NCBI GenBank assembly: GCA_964276515.1
Contig: OZ193909.1
Span: 5,704,001-5,768,000 of the forward strand
Direction of reading: 5' to 3'
Length of the DNA: 64,000 nucleotides
From: Gordius albopunctatus
Lineage: Eukaryota
Of this stretch, positions 13,901-26,957 are shown in pieces (position 1 is the first letter of the stretch; every line of letters starts with the position of its first letter). The position numbers were made by a program, and so were the translations under genes. Under the pieces are notes generated by a model that made no database searches, was not told where the DNA came from, and saw only the letters and a program-made list of their open reading frames with translations.

Positions 13901-16900
13901 TACTTTGGTTTGCTGTTTATACTACTAAGAAAAATAGACCGAAAAACCTTTGCTCTGCTGTTTATGTTTAGCGACCGAAACCGGAGGTCGACAAAACAGA
14001 ACCCCCCCACCCACCCCCACCCGTTTTTACGCCACTAATTTGTCTAATATATAATGCTGCTGACACAAGGTTCATCATCCTAATTTTTTAAATCTGGCCT
14101 CGGGTGCATCCATAGGGGCATCCGCCCTTCCTTCCGCTTCCCTAATCCCACAACATTGTTAAATTTTTAATTTTCATCATTGAGCCCCCCCCCCTCCTTA
14201 AATCCTTACGTTATTTATGGCGGCTACGCCCCTGCTTTCACGACATCATAATATTACGGGTTGTGAAATTTTTGAATTTTGAGCAAAAATATTGTAGCGG
14301 AAGGTGGAATCGAGCACGGGCCATTACAAGCAAGAAATATCGCGTTTGACGCATGAATTGTCGCAAGCCCTTAGCGACAAAGACTCCCTCCGCAATTACA
14401 TTCGCGAACTCGAACAATCTAACGACGACTTAGAACGGGCCAAAAGGTATTTTCGCTATTTTAATTAGCCCTCCCCCCTCCCTACGCTTTTTGTCACTTT
14501 AAATTATGTGCTTGTTTCGTTTCAAATTTTGCAATTATAGCATGTTAATGTGAAGAGGTAAGTTCAACGATTCTGCTATGAACTTGGTAAATTGCCATAT
14601 TCTGGAGAGCAACCCGGTTGTTATCGAGGCGAGAGTTGTTTCTTATCGAATCGAACGAAATTGCTAGGACCTAGAAAAGTGTCAATCTATCAAATAAAAA
14701 TGACTATTTTGTTTGTTTTGTTTTACATTGTTCCCCGATCTTATTCGTAATGTGATTTTTCTGCGTTCTGATATCACTTCCTCTTTAACAAACTCATGGC
14801 CAACTCAACAACTGCATTAATGGCCATAGCCGAGGGAGGGGGACTGCCCCCTCTAAAAAGTTGTTGAGATTTAATAAAATTATTACTAAACCTGCAAAAA
14901 ATAATCATTTTTCCCCTCCCTAAATCATTATTGACCCCCCCCCTCTAATCCCAATCATGACTGCATTATATATTAAAAGATTGTGGAAGTTTAAGGTTCA
15001 ATGATGTTTTAAAAAGGTATGTTATAAATTTGGTTTATTTAATTTTTTGAATCAAAGGGCATTTCTTGATTAATTTTTTTAAACTGGTATGCAGGGAAGC
15101 GGTCGTGTCTCTCGAAGATTTCGAACAACGTCTAAACTTGGCCATAGAACGCAACGCATTCCTAGAATCCGAATTAGATGACAAGGATCAACTGAGCGAA
15201 ACGGTGCAAAGGCTGAAGGATAAAGCCAAAGGTTTTTGATTCAATAGCGAATTTATCTCAAGTGTCACTATTGCAATTAATTAACACTCACATATCAAGT
15301 TCTAAATGAAATTAACCCAGAACTACCCTTTAGTACTTCTCTTTTAAATGATTTAAAGCTAAATTTCGACAAATATTTGTTTGAACGGTGTGGGTTTTAG
15401 TTTAAATATTGAACACAATAAACTCGTAGAGAAAAAAATCGTTTGAATAGACCGGCAAGATACATATTTATTGCAACCTACAGCTCTTTAAGCGTTTATT
15501 TGTTGTTGCCAAGTTTTACGGTTGGATTGATGAAATGATTAGGCGGTTAAATGGATCACGGGGGCCCATTAAAGCGGAATGAAATCACACGAAATAATGA
15601 AGTAAAATGAAGTAATGAGCTAGATGGCATCACGGTAGTAGATCAAACACGATGTAGTAGAATCCGGTTGTGGCATTGCAGCTAGCACAACTACTAACGT
15701 TTTGTCATCTCACCGATCCCCTTAATTTAATTCGTTTTCTTTGTGATTTTTTCCCCGCTTTACATTTTGTTTCCCGAAGATGGGCTCTGACCGAAATATA
15801 AAAGCCCTGACTCATTTCTTAAATCAAACCTTACAACGTGTTAACGAATATGCTTACAAAGGATTGTTGGCAGTGTATAACTCGATAGTAACGATCTAAT
15901 ACCTTTAATTTTAAATTTATCAACGCATTTTGGGTCCTATAGCTTTCTCTATAAGCTATAAAATACAGGATTGTTACTTGGGTGGCAGGTAGGGCCGGCT
16001 GCCCCCCTCTAAATCCAAAAAAATCTTTAAAATTTCATCAAATCATGGCTAAAGTTCAAAAATAATTATTATTTTGCCCTCTATATTTATTTATTTTTTT
16101 ATTTAACATTCAAATTTGTAGATTTGAAGGACGAACTGAGTATTAAAGAACGGATTCTGAGCAGCAGCAGCAGCAACGATAAATTAATCCACAGCGCGGC
16201 CAGCGCCTCCTCTTCATCTAATCAATTAAATGTCGAAATGTTAACTGACGCCCCCCTCCACGCATCCCCCTCTTATCACTCCAGTAAATTTCTTAATTTT
16301 TGCGACATTATATATGGTAGTAATAGCCGAACTCGTGTTTTTAAACATTTTCGCCTAAAATACGAGAAAAATTCAGTAAATGATACGATTTATAAGCATT
16401 TTTCGTGGACGTTATTACAAATTAATATGAAAATACATGCTACTATATATTGATTCAATGAGCAGGCGCAGGCCTTCATAAATTAATTCTCTGGGATCGT
16501 TTGCATTTAATGTTTGCTTAAAAAATTGGTTGCCATCGGGTCCTAGGTTACTGAGGGTACTACGGTTCGAAGACGAAACTGTTGAGGTACTTATGTATTT
16601 CCACTTTCCTCTTCTCCGTAGAATTAATTCTATAAAACATCTCTAAGTATTACAATAAAATATTGGGGAGAATAGAATGGAATTAGAGAATGATCATTTT
16701 TTTAAATTTTAGCCATAATTTTAATAAATTTTTGGATTTAGAGGGGGGCAGCCGCCCCTCGCTGCCCCCTTGGCTACGCCTATGGGGAGCAAAATATTTT
16801 ACCCCCCCCCCCTCTGTTTTGATACTTCTTATTTTTAAATAAAAAATATGTCGGACACCCGTTCCTCTCTCTATGAACCTCCTCTCCTCTATTGATTTTT

Positions 16901-18452
16901 TGGGCATAAGAGTGTAGTTGCAACTAAGAAGCTAATTTCCCCTTTGGGTCATTTTAGAAATGGAAATCGCGAATCAACCAAACCACAAAGTGGTAACTGT
17001 ACCCGTTAATAGATTGTCGCCGCTCGACGCAACTTCTAAGTCAGCGATTCGTACGCTCGTTGAAAACCACAACTCATATCATATGGATGTTGAAGGTGCA
17101 TACATATTTCACCCTCTTGGCCTTTGCCAATTTATTCAATGAGGGGCGCAACTAATAATTTTTCGAAATTTGATGATAATTTCGTTAAATTGTTATTTTT
17201 AATTAACAGGGGTGTTAAAACATTTTATATCGTGGATAATCAAAATATTCAGTGACAAAGCCGAAGTAAAGTAAACGGGAAAGACTTGTTACAATAAATT
17301 ATATGGAAAGCTTAAAAATGATTATTTTATATGCGATATAGTTTATATAATATTCATTATGTCTTTTTTAAAGAAGTCAGTTTTTTGAGATGATTTAATG
17401 CATTTTTTCCGAATAACACTTATAAGATGGTTAAAAATATCGAGAGATTTTTAATCCATTGTAATATATCTTGCTTATAGAAGCAAGAGCAAAATTATGC
17501 AGTACTAGTTGAAGTTGTCATTTAGCTTTACGTCATGTGTGTCGCCTCATTTTCTTTGTGATCAAACATTTTGTTGATCTTAAAAATTCTCATCCAACGT
17601 AGTTAAATTCCCAAGTTTTGGAAAACTTCCTATTTATGTCATTGATTATAATAACGTCTTTTCTTTTTAGAAGTTCCCCGTTTATCCGCGAACTCCTCCA
17701 TAAGCCCACGTTCATCGTTCACCGAATCCCCACTCACTCCCTCCTCCAGGATTAACGCTTTAAACGTCGTCAGCGATTTGATCAAGAAAGTGGGGGTAAT
17801 ATACAATTTAAATAGTAGTTTCTTTTTTATTTAAAAATTATATATTTGAATTAATTTGTATGCGATTTTGGCAGGCTTTGGAAAATAAGCTGGCATCTTG
17901 TCGGACCATATCGGGATTCATGAAACTCAATGGGGCACACTCCAATAGGTAAATCTCTTGTTTGCATGATACTTTTTAGTTGCCGCTCCTATAATAATAT
18001 TTTAAAACATACATCTTATGGTTCGCTCCTCAACTTTAGTCCAACATATGAGTTTTGCGGCGGGTAGCTTTAATCACCATGCATCGATATCAAATTATAT
18101 ATAAAATTTAATATCTTTTTTAAATATTAATAAACACTAATCTTTAAATCATGTTGTTTGATGACTGCGTTTTGTAGTAAAAAAACCGAAAATTATAAAA
18201 ATTTAAGTTAAATGGGTGTCATTTATGTTGGACTAAGTATTGGCAAAAATTGTATTTATTTTATTTGACTTCTTTAACATAGCTAAAAAAGTCGAGAATT
18301 TGTAGCCTAAACCCAACAAAATTTTGTTAATATATAAACTCTAAATTCCCCTTTCCTCGGATTAAAGGGGGCTCGTGAGCAAGGAAAAGAGTTTTGAAAC
18401 ATCGCCTACGACACCCAACGCTGTAATCGAATCACATGGAGTTACGAGTTAA
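10960..18452 (+). CDS. nudE: Nuclear distribution protein NudE homologue (NDE1/NDEL1 family dynein/LIS1 regulator), ~364 aa, 9 coding exons
   Basis: GT-AG exons 10960-11030, 13330-13483, 14298-14446, 15095-15231, 16122-16283, 16958-17095, 17671-17795, 17875-17948, 18368-18452 splice in frame (1095 nt). Family motifs: [104 protein letters not shown]. An in-frame TAG at 10933 supports the start. Exons 6 and 9 are less certain. Confidence 0.93.
11816..11936. mobile_element. Short MITE, CATGGGCGTAGCC family (NudE intron 1)
   Basis: Family core GGATTTAGAGGGGGGGCAGCC, TSD GTGAAAGC/GTGAGAGC (7/8). Confidence 0.75.
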
Positions 18453-21189
18453 AAGATACCTGCGCCCCCTCTCTATCTCTAGCTGCTTACGAAATGCGCT
18501 AAATTTCGATAATAAATCTTCCTTCGTCTTTAACCCTAACAGACTTTTCATGGCATGCCCAACGATCGGACCTGATTCCTAGAATATCATACACGTGCAT
18601 GCACATACGCACTTACACAACTTTACCGTAGATCATCATGATAGATATATATTTGTCTAGCCACCTCGATTGATGCATGTACACGTTTGCGCGCATTACA
18701 TCGCGAACTATTACCTTTGCCACTCGCGTGCGAACATATTTATTTATTTGTAATTTATGCCCCCCCCCCGCCGCCGCCTCCCCATTAATTCTTATCATCA
18801 TCTCTCGCATATGTCCCTTAATAGAAACAAAACAGGTAATCTAATGTGCCTCAGGCTACTCGGCGTCGCTTAAATAGTTTGATTAGTATTTTGGCATAGG
18901 AAGGTAAGAAAAAGACGCTCATATAAGCGTTGAAAGGCTTGATGTTTATTTAGCCTTTATAACTCAGATAAATTTTTACGTTTAAAATGTTTTATTGATA
19001 AATTTTCAAAAATGCAAACTGGTGGAAAAAAATTATGATTATAACCAGCCCGGCTCAAAAGATTTTCGTGCTGGGCTCAGGAAAATAATAAAATGAATGG
19101 GGTTAGGGTCAGGTATAATGGGGCGGCTTGAGTCAGGCACGAAGTAAATTCCAGCTAACTAATCATTTAAAAAATATGACTCAAATTAACTCCACAATTA
19201 AATAGATATCTTCGTACAATGCACATAATACCTTTTTATTTCAAATTACTACCCCCTGTTTATAAAAAAATTTATTGCAAATTTTATTATTATGTAAATT
19301 TATTCTTAAAAGTTAGATTTTTATATTAAAATAATTATCAAATAAAATTATATCTTTATCTTAAACTTATCCTTGTTTTAATGAATAATCAATAACAATG
19401 AATAAATCTATATTATGGCAAATTAGTTTAAGCATGGCCCTAGCCAGGCCCCCCTACAAATAGCTTCAAAAATTAAAAAAATTGTCTTATGCCCCCCCCC
19501 CTAATTACACTTAAAATTAATAAATATAGAAAATCATTCACAAATTTAAACGAAATTTATATTTTTTATTAAAATTGAATATCAATAGAAATTACTAGTT
19601 GCGTTTTCGTAATCAGCCATTCATTTTCTACGACCAAACTTATATTTAATGCAAGTTACCTCCTTAGACAAATAATTTTTAATCTAAAAGTTAAATTTTG
19701 AATAGTCTATGACGGATTATCAGTTGAATGGTAGTTTTTAATGAGTGTTCACAGAAAATGGGCGAAGGGAAAAATAGACTATAAAGTCAAGAGTTATTAG
19801 ACACTTCGCCGAAAATATTCTAAAGAGAGCTTTATTATGATATAAATATTAATTTCAATTAATAATTTAAAATTATAAAAAAGTTTTGATATTTTATATT
19901 GTTGATTGATTATGAAAATCTAAAATAACTCTTATAAACATATTCTTTTAAAAATTTTACTGAATAATCTAAATTATCAATGAATTATAAGCGTTGACAG
20001 TATCACCAATTCTATGTGATTTATAAACCTCATCTTCAGAAACAAGTTTTAAATTTTTGCATTCCAATTTAACGGGGTTAACATTTTAATGTTTTTATAT
20101 TGGGGCCATATGAGTATTGATATTTTAGCTTTACAATATTAGATCGTAAAATTTTAGCTAGAAGCTTGGCTTTTCAATTCCTTGGTTTAATGATATAAAT
20201 CATTAAATGTTGTTTTAATCCATATTAATATAAAACGACTAAATGCAAAGTCCATTTCAATTCTGCCTTTATTTATCCCTAGCATTCATAAAAACCTTTC
20301 AAATAGTGATTAAAACATTAAAAATTTAAGGATCTTATTATAAAAATAAATGTTGAGCCTTCATGCACACTTTTTTTTCACTAAAACATTCATGAATGTT
20401 TATAGATTTTTGATACGCCTATTCCATCTTGGCTCAAAACACAAATGATAGACTCATAGTTTATTTATTGACCTAATCCATATATTATTCCTTTTAAGTC
20501 CTTTCAACTATAAGAAGTAGGTTCTTTTTCGATCCATCTAACACAAAATTGACGGTTGAGGAAAATTAGCGGGAAAAGAATAGATAAATGTTTAACATAA
20601 CAATCTTGCTTCTCAATTATGCTTTATAACATATGATATCTAAACCCCGGACCGGCCCGAAAATTCTTGAGCCGGACCTCGAACCATCCATGCACGTCTC
20701 TAGTTAAGGACAGATCATTAATCGGGCTAAAAATATTGTATAAATATTTTAGGCTTACTTTAAGCCCCCCCCCTAATCCAAATTCTGGCCCCCCTCATGG
20801 TACATATGAGATCTTTTTTAAATTGGGTTGGTCCAAAAAAAGCATTTCTGTCTCGATAAAAATAATAATAGTAACAACGGACTAGGGCCAAAGAAAATCC
20901 ATCTTGCAGGGCTGTGTAACCGAAACCCTTGGATACGCTAACCATGTGACTACCAACTTTAAGTCATTCCCCAACATTTGTCTCAATTTTATAATAAAGC
21001 CCCAGATAAAATACACACCGATAAAAGCAAACTATTTCCTTAATGAACACCTTATATTGCGACTTTTATTTTAAATTTAATGCTTAAAAAATATTTTTAG
21101 TGTTAGCAAAAATGACGAGTTGGTATCATATGGATTTCGAAGATTCGTTGTTGGCTTGAAATTAATTGACATATTTATTGGCTAATCAT

Positions 21190-23625
21190 ATGGAAGATCG
21201 CCAATCTTTAGCAACGTTAAAGATTCTTATTATTGGCGAAAGTGGGGTGGGTAAATCAAGGTTAGTTTTAATCACATATTTTGTCATTTACATTTTTTAT
21301 TAGTTTATTGCTAAGATTTACTGATGACAAGTTCGATCCTGAACAGGGAGCGACAATTGGTATTTTATAGCTGATTATAAAATAAAAATAATAGGTGTTG
21401 ATTTTAAGGTTACAAATATGGAAATAAATAACAACAGAGTCAAGCTTGCCATATGGGTAAACTGCATTTGATATTTTTAATTGTGACTAATAAATAATTA
21501 AACCTTTAAAATAAAAGTATATTTAAATTTAAGTCTATTTGTTGTTTTAAAAAAATATGTTAACTATAAAGGAACATAATTTTTATAATAAATTCCCTTG
21601 ATATTGTAAAGTTTGATTTGGTCTGTCAATCAAAAATTTAAAATTACTCATATTTGTTTAGGATACTGCAGGAGAAGAAAGATTTCGCGCATTAACCCCA
21701 AGTTATTATCGTGGAGCTCATGGGGCAATTTTAGGTATTTGTAAAAAACAAAAAGTGTAAGATTTATAGTTTACGATGTCACAAACAAACGTTCCTTTGA
21801 AAAACTTGAGACTTGGCTTAGTGAATTGGAACTTTATTCAACAAATGATGACATTGTAAAAATGTTGGTAGGAAACAAAATTGATAAGGTTTGTCTATAC
21901 ATATATTATTTGCTAAATATAAATTAATATATACTTTTGTTACAAACCTCTTTTGACAATCATTCTAGGTTTATTTTTGGAATAAATAAAATGCAAAGTT
22001 TTAAAGGATTCAAAATTTTCAAATAAAATACAATATAAGTTTAACATTACTTGCAATTATATTTTAAAAATACCTTTCATTATAGCCTATGTTTTATTAA
22101 TTTTTGACATTAATTTTTAAACCAACTAATATTTATACCTTTTATTTTTTAAGCTTTATTCATACCATTTATCATAGAAAGAATTAACTTCTTTTGTCTC
22201 TATTTGCAGTTATTTACTCATCAAATATCATAATTATGCTATTATATGCTTTTCTAAAAAAGTATACTTTAACATTATCAACTGTATCCAAAATCAATCA
22301 CTCTATATATTAAGTTTTTATATGTAGCAATCTTAAACCATAGCTTATCAAAAAATAGTCATTTAGCTCTAATGCCCTCACTATTTAAAAAATTTAATCA
22401 AAAATATGAAATAGTGACCTGTGGTCACAATTCTCAATCTTATTTTTGAGGTCAATTAAAAAATTTAAGTCTGCCCTCTGACACAAAATATCTTCATCAT
22501 TCCCTCACCAAAGAATCTTTCAAAATTTTTACAATTCAAGCTTTAACAAACAAATTTTTATTAAATATATACCCACACAATTTTTGTTTTAAGTTAAATT
22601 TTTGACCCAAACCCAAATAAAAAGGTGACTTATCAACCAATTAGATTTTTGGGCATTTATAATTTTGCATTTTGCTCCGCACACTTTTTCCAATTGTGTA
22701 AAGTATGATATCTTTAAATTATGTGTAATTTTAATAGTGTATTCATAATTAAATTATTTAATTTATAAAAATGATTTATTTATTTTCACTATAAATCTGT
22801 GCATTATAATATAGCACACAACTAAAAATATACAGCCTGGCCATAATCAGAGTAAGACAGCTATGCCCCCTCCCTTAAATTTATCATTTTAAAAGTTTAT
22901 AACCAAGCATTTTATACTTTTATTACCCTCTTAATCTATATCTTTGCCCTTAACTGAAATTATGGCAAAGCATGCGACATACACTATGTCAAGCTTGAAA
23001 ACATCAAATAATGAAAAATGTTATCTCATATGGCTTTAGGAAAATAGAGTTGTTAGCCAGAGGGAAGGTATTGATTTCGCCCAAAAACATTCCATGCTGT
23101 TCATAGAAGCAAGTGCAAAAACAAAAGATGGTGTCAATCTAGCTTTTGAAGAATTAGTTGAGAAGGTAATTGTTATATTCTAATCTTATTATTAAAATTG
23201 CTTGAAACTAAATTCCCATTTTTATCTCAATTTACTTATTATAACTATCATTTATACAAAAAATTGGTGAATGGCTATTTCCTTTTAAAAATTTTTATAG
23301 CTAAATAGTGTTTGAATAATTTTTTTTATTAACTATGAGCTTAATGTACCAGTCCAGCCATTAAGTTTTTCTGAAATAACTTTACACTAAAGGCTTTAGT
23401 CAGATATTTGACAAATTTAATTAATATATATCAGGTCAAAACTGGTTATTTCTATACAAATATATGGCCCATTAAGCAATTATGCTAATTTCAAGGTAAA
23501 TAAATGTATTCATGCAATTTTTTCAGATTCTACAAACCCCAGGATTGTGGGAAGGGTCCAACAAAGCAAAATCCTTCAAGATAGTGGATGAAGCTGAACA
23601 CGTTGACACTTCATGTTGGTGTTAG
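21190..23625 (+). CDS. Rab18: Ras-related protein Rab-18, 201 aa, 7 exons
   Basis: Exons 21190-21260, 21304-21359, 21395-21456, 21662-21734, 21770-21888, 23040-23165, 23527-23625 (606 nt). [89 protein letters not shown], and a C-terminal CWC prenylation motif. Confidence 0.96.
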
Positions 23626-24040
23626 CTGGGTATCATAAAAGAAACAATTTTTGGCTCAAGGTTCAAACTATCAGACTCTATCATACGCTCGAAATAATTT
23701 GAGGCCCTAACATCATTACTTAGCTTAATGCATATTTATTCAACATTTGGGCAATAAACGTAATTCTGTAAATATTATATGTAAAACTTAACTTGTTATT
23801 TAGTTACTATTTTTAAAGTTATTTTCTCTTGTGCTCTCTCAAAAATTGTATTCCATACACAATTACAAATAAAACTTAACGTTAACAGCCATTTATTTTA
23901 TTCTCAAAACGTTGCAAATCGATACAAAAATTGGTGAAAAACGTTTTACAAATAAGAAACGAGGTCTTGATAAACAAGAAACGTTCAATTTAATAATAAC
24001 AAACATAGAGAGGGGTTTTAAGTCTGTACTTCTTCTAAGA

Positions 24041-26451
24041 TTAGCAGACTATTTGCGGTTCAATTAATCGATCCCATTCAATTTGAACCTAAAAACAAAT
24101 GGAAAATTGGTATTTGAAATTATAATAATAAAATAATGTTTGAGGTTCTAACACAAAAAAGTCTAATATGACTTGATTCTACAGCTTGTAATTGAATTTA
24201 AATGTGAGTTAGTCAAAAGTCTTATATTTTTAAATTTCATTAAAAATGTTCTTTTGCATAATAAGTTTTGTTCAACTTGATCTTTATATAAAAAAAATCT
24301 CTAAATTATAAAAAAAAATAAAAGAGAAGAACCTAATTGGAGTTAGAGATTAAAATTGCTATTATGTGGGACCTTTATAAAATGTAATAAGCAATAAAAT
24401 TTAATCTCTAAACTGATTTAAATGTTATCACATTCCATTCAATGACATTTGTCAAACTTACTATGGAAGAATCAACTTCGTCATCAAGGCAATAATCAAC
24501 ATTTGTTAAGTCATCCTCAGAGGCATGCATTGAAAATCTACCATTTACTGCTGCTACATTGTTTTTGATATAAATTACAAATATATATACTTGTAAAAGG
24601 GGTAATATTTTGCAGGCTTAAGGTGTTTGTACTACGGTCATACTCTAAAACACTTGCCTCCTATTAACGTGTTTTTAAATTTATGTTTAAACATATGATA
24701 CCTTATATTTGGAAACTATAGGATTGTAATTTGTATCAAGTTCCAATATCTAAAATATAAATACATTAAAATTATATATTAGAATTACACAAAAAAGATT
24801 AAGGATATTTTAATACTTTATAAACAATTTTATCGCCCTTCTTGGGAGGATTGTGCAATGAAATATTTTTGGCCTTATCGGCATGTTTATTTTCATTATT
24901 TGATGCATCATTTAATATCGTTTCTCTCCCATTAATTGTAATATTGTGATTCAAAGAGTTGTTTATTCTTTCATCTGATCTCTTACTTGAAATTTCTAAT
25001 TGTATAGTTTCACAATTTACAGTCATATTTTGTGGCTTTGTTTCAACATTTTTTGTATCATTTTTTTCCAAACCAACATTGGTATTTATTGGAGCAACAA
25101 ATTTAGATGGCCTTTGTGTTTTGTTAGCTTTTAAATCTTCAATGAGGCTATGGTAAGTTTCAAAGTTGAGGTCGTAAATTGGTAGATTAGGTAATAACTC
25201 ATGATCATAATTCTATAAAAATTTATATATAAAATATATTACAAATTACCTCAAACATGTAAGTTTCATTAAATTGAATGTTTTTTTGTTTAAATGAATT
25301 ATATTTGTTTTGATAATTAAATTTTTGGTGTTTGATGTCTTTATTTAATATTTTGAATTTATGTTGATTTTCATTCTTTTTATTTTGCACAGAACTAAAA
25401 TCAGGAAGTGTAGGAGATTGATTGAATTCATGAGATAAATCTATTGGAGTGTTAAGAACCTGAGTTACAGAGGAATCAAAAGTTTTCTTTATTTCAACCC
25501 CAATATTTTTCTCCTTAGTAGATTCTGGCAATTTCTTTTTTACCACAGTATCTTCCTTATCTGAATCTGAATATATAATATGATTATTTTTAGGTGTTTC
25601 ATTGTCAAAATTCATCTTATTTTTATTTCGCCTCTTTTCCATCCTTCGTTTTTTGACTATAGGTATTTTTACTCCAAAATTATTGATATCAACTATGTTT
25701 TTTTCTAGCATTTTTATCATGTTTTGATCATCTAGATTTAACTTGGCTTGCTCAACTTCATTTGTTTTACACAAATTTAAGCATTCCTTTTGCTCAGTTA
25801 ACTCCATTGGCATATATAAAGGTTCCTTGTCAATTTCATCTCTATTTTTCAAAATATTCAAATCACTTTTCAAGTGTTTTAAACATTCACCAATCCCATA
25901 TGCTACTTTTTTATTCTCTTTTTTATTTTTATTTAACTTTTTAGCAACAAAGTCATCTTTAAAGACGGATTTATTAGTTTGATCTTCTGCCTGATTATCT
26001 TGGAAAACACAAGGAGAATGTACTTCTGTCTGTGTTGAAATATGTAAACAATATTTTAATGATAAATCATAAGTTTGAGTGTATTGATTGATGTAATTTT
26101 TAGCTTGACTTTTAGAAGGATTCACAACATTTGTTTGATTATTAATTGGTAATATAATGTCATCTTTTGCATGATCAATTGGTACAAATCTATATTACTT
26201 TATAAGAATAAAATATATGATTGTTACTTTAGGTGATCCTTGTCACGAATTATATTTATTTTTTCATCTGCTAATATTTCAGCATCGTCTAGGTAAAGAA
26301 TACCATCTCCCGAATTTATTTGTAAACGATTTAAAAGATAATTTGAAAAGTCTTTAATAGTAGGTAATTCCTCTATATTTAGTTGCACCCATATAATTTT
26401 TTTGGCAGGATTGGAATATTCAATTTTAACTCGCAAATTTTCAAAACCCAT
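24041..26451 (-). CDS. coil: Coilin (Cajal body scaffold), ~605 aa, 7 exons
   Basis: Minus-strand exons 26451-26228, 26189-25250, 25212-24817, 24749-24702, 24660-24591, 24553-24462, 24088-24041 splice in frame (1818 nt). N-terminal domain (LRVKIEY...IIWVQL...LYLDDAEIL...IIRDKDHL), K/N-rich middle with a basic NLS-like KKRRMEKRRNK, and a C-terminal Tudor-like region PPKKGDKIVYKILELDTNYNPIVSKYKEASV...GRF...IEWDRLIEPQIV resembling coilin C-termini. Confidence 0.85.
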
Positions 26452-26716
26452 GCTTTAAATCAGCTGGTACAAATAAAGATCACTCATATTGATACATTGT
26501 GATATAAAATATTGCAGTTGAATCTCATATTCGAATCAGAAAAATTCATTGGCGGTATCTCTAATAAATATATAGCAGTTTAAAAATAATAGCTTATGCT
26601 GTGGCATTAGTGCCAGTTATTATAGCAGCATTTGTGACACTCTACCTAAATTAAATTGTAGCAAAATTCAGTCTAAGTTCATAAAACCTGTAGAGAGCTT
26701 GATTGGTATTAAATTA

Positions 26717-26957
26717 TGTTAGGGGCTGATATTTATTCTCGTTAACTATTTGGAGTGTGATACAAAAACACGACGACCAAATCATAAAAAATGTGTTGGC
26801 GTATATATCCAAAGCCTCTATATGTTACAACCAATTAACGATAATTTGAGCGCCAACGCGCGTGTAAATAACATCAAATTTGATCGCCAACGCGCGTGTA
26901 AATTACATCAACACGCAGGTAACTATCGTATCCCTGGAGGCACTTTACCTCTCTACA
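26717..26957 (-). repeat. 3' LTR of the Gypsy element
   Basis: Direct repeat of 30646-30886 with about 5 mismatches, containing a 34-bp tandem duplication. Preceded on the minus strand by the PPT GAAAAGGGGGGAAC. Confidence 0.95.

Noticed and set aside
25223..26125. 300-aa ORF as a stand-alone novel gene
   Set aside because: It is coilin exon 2 and splices in frame on both sides.
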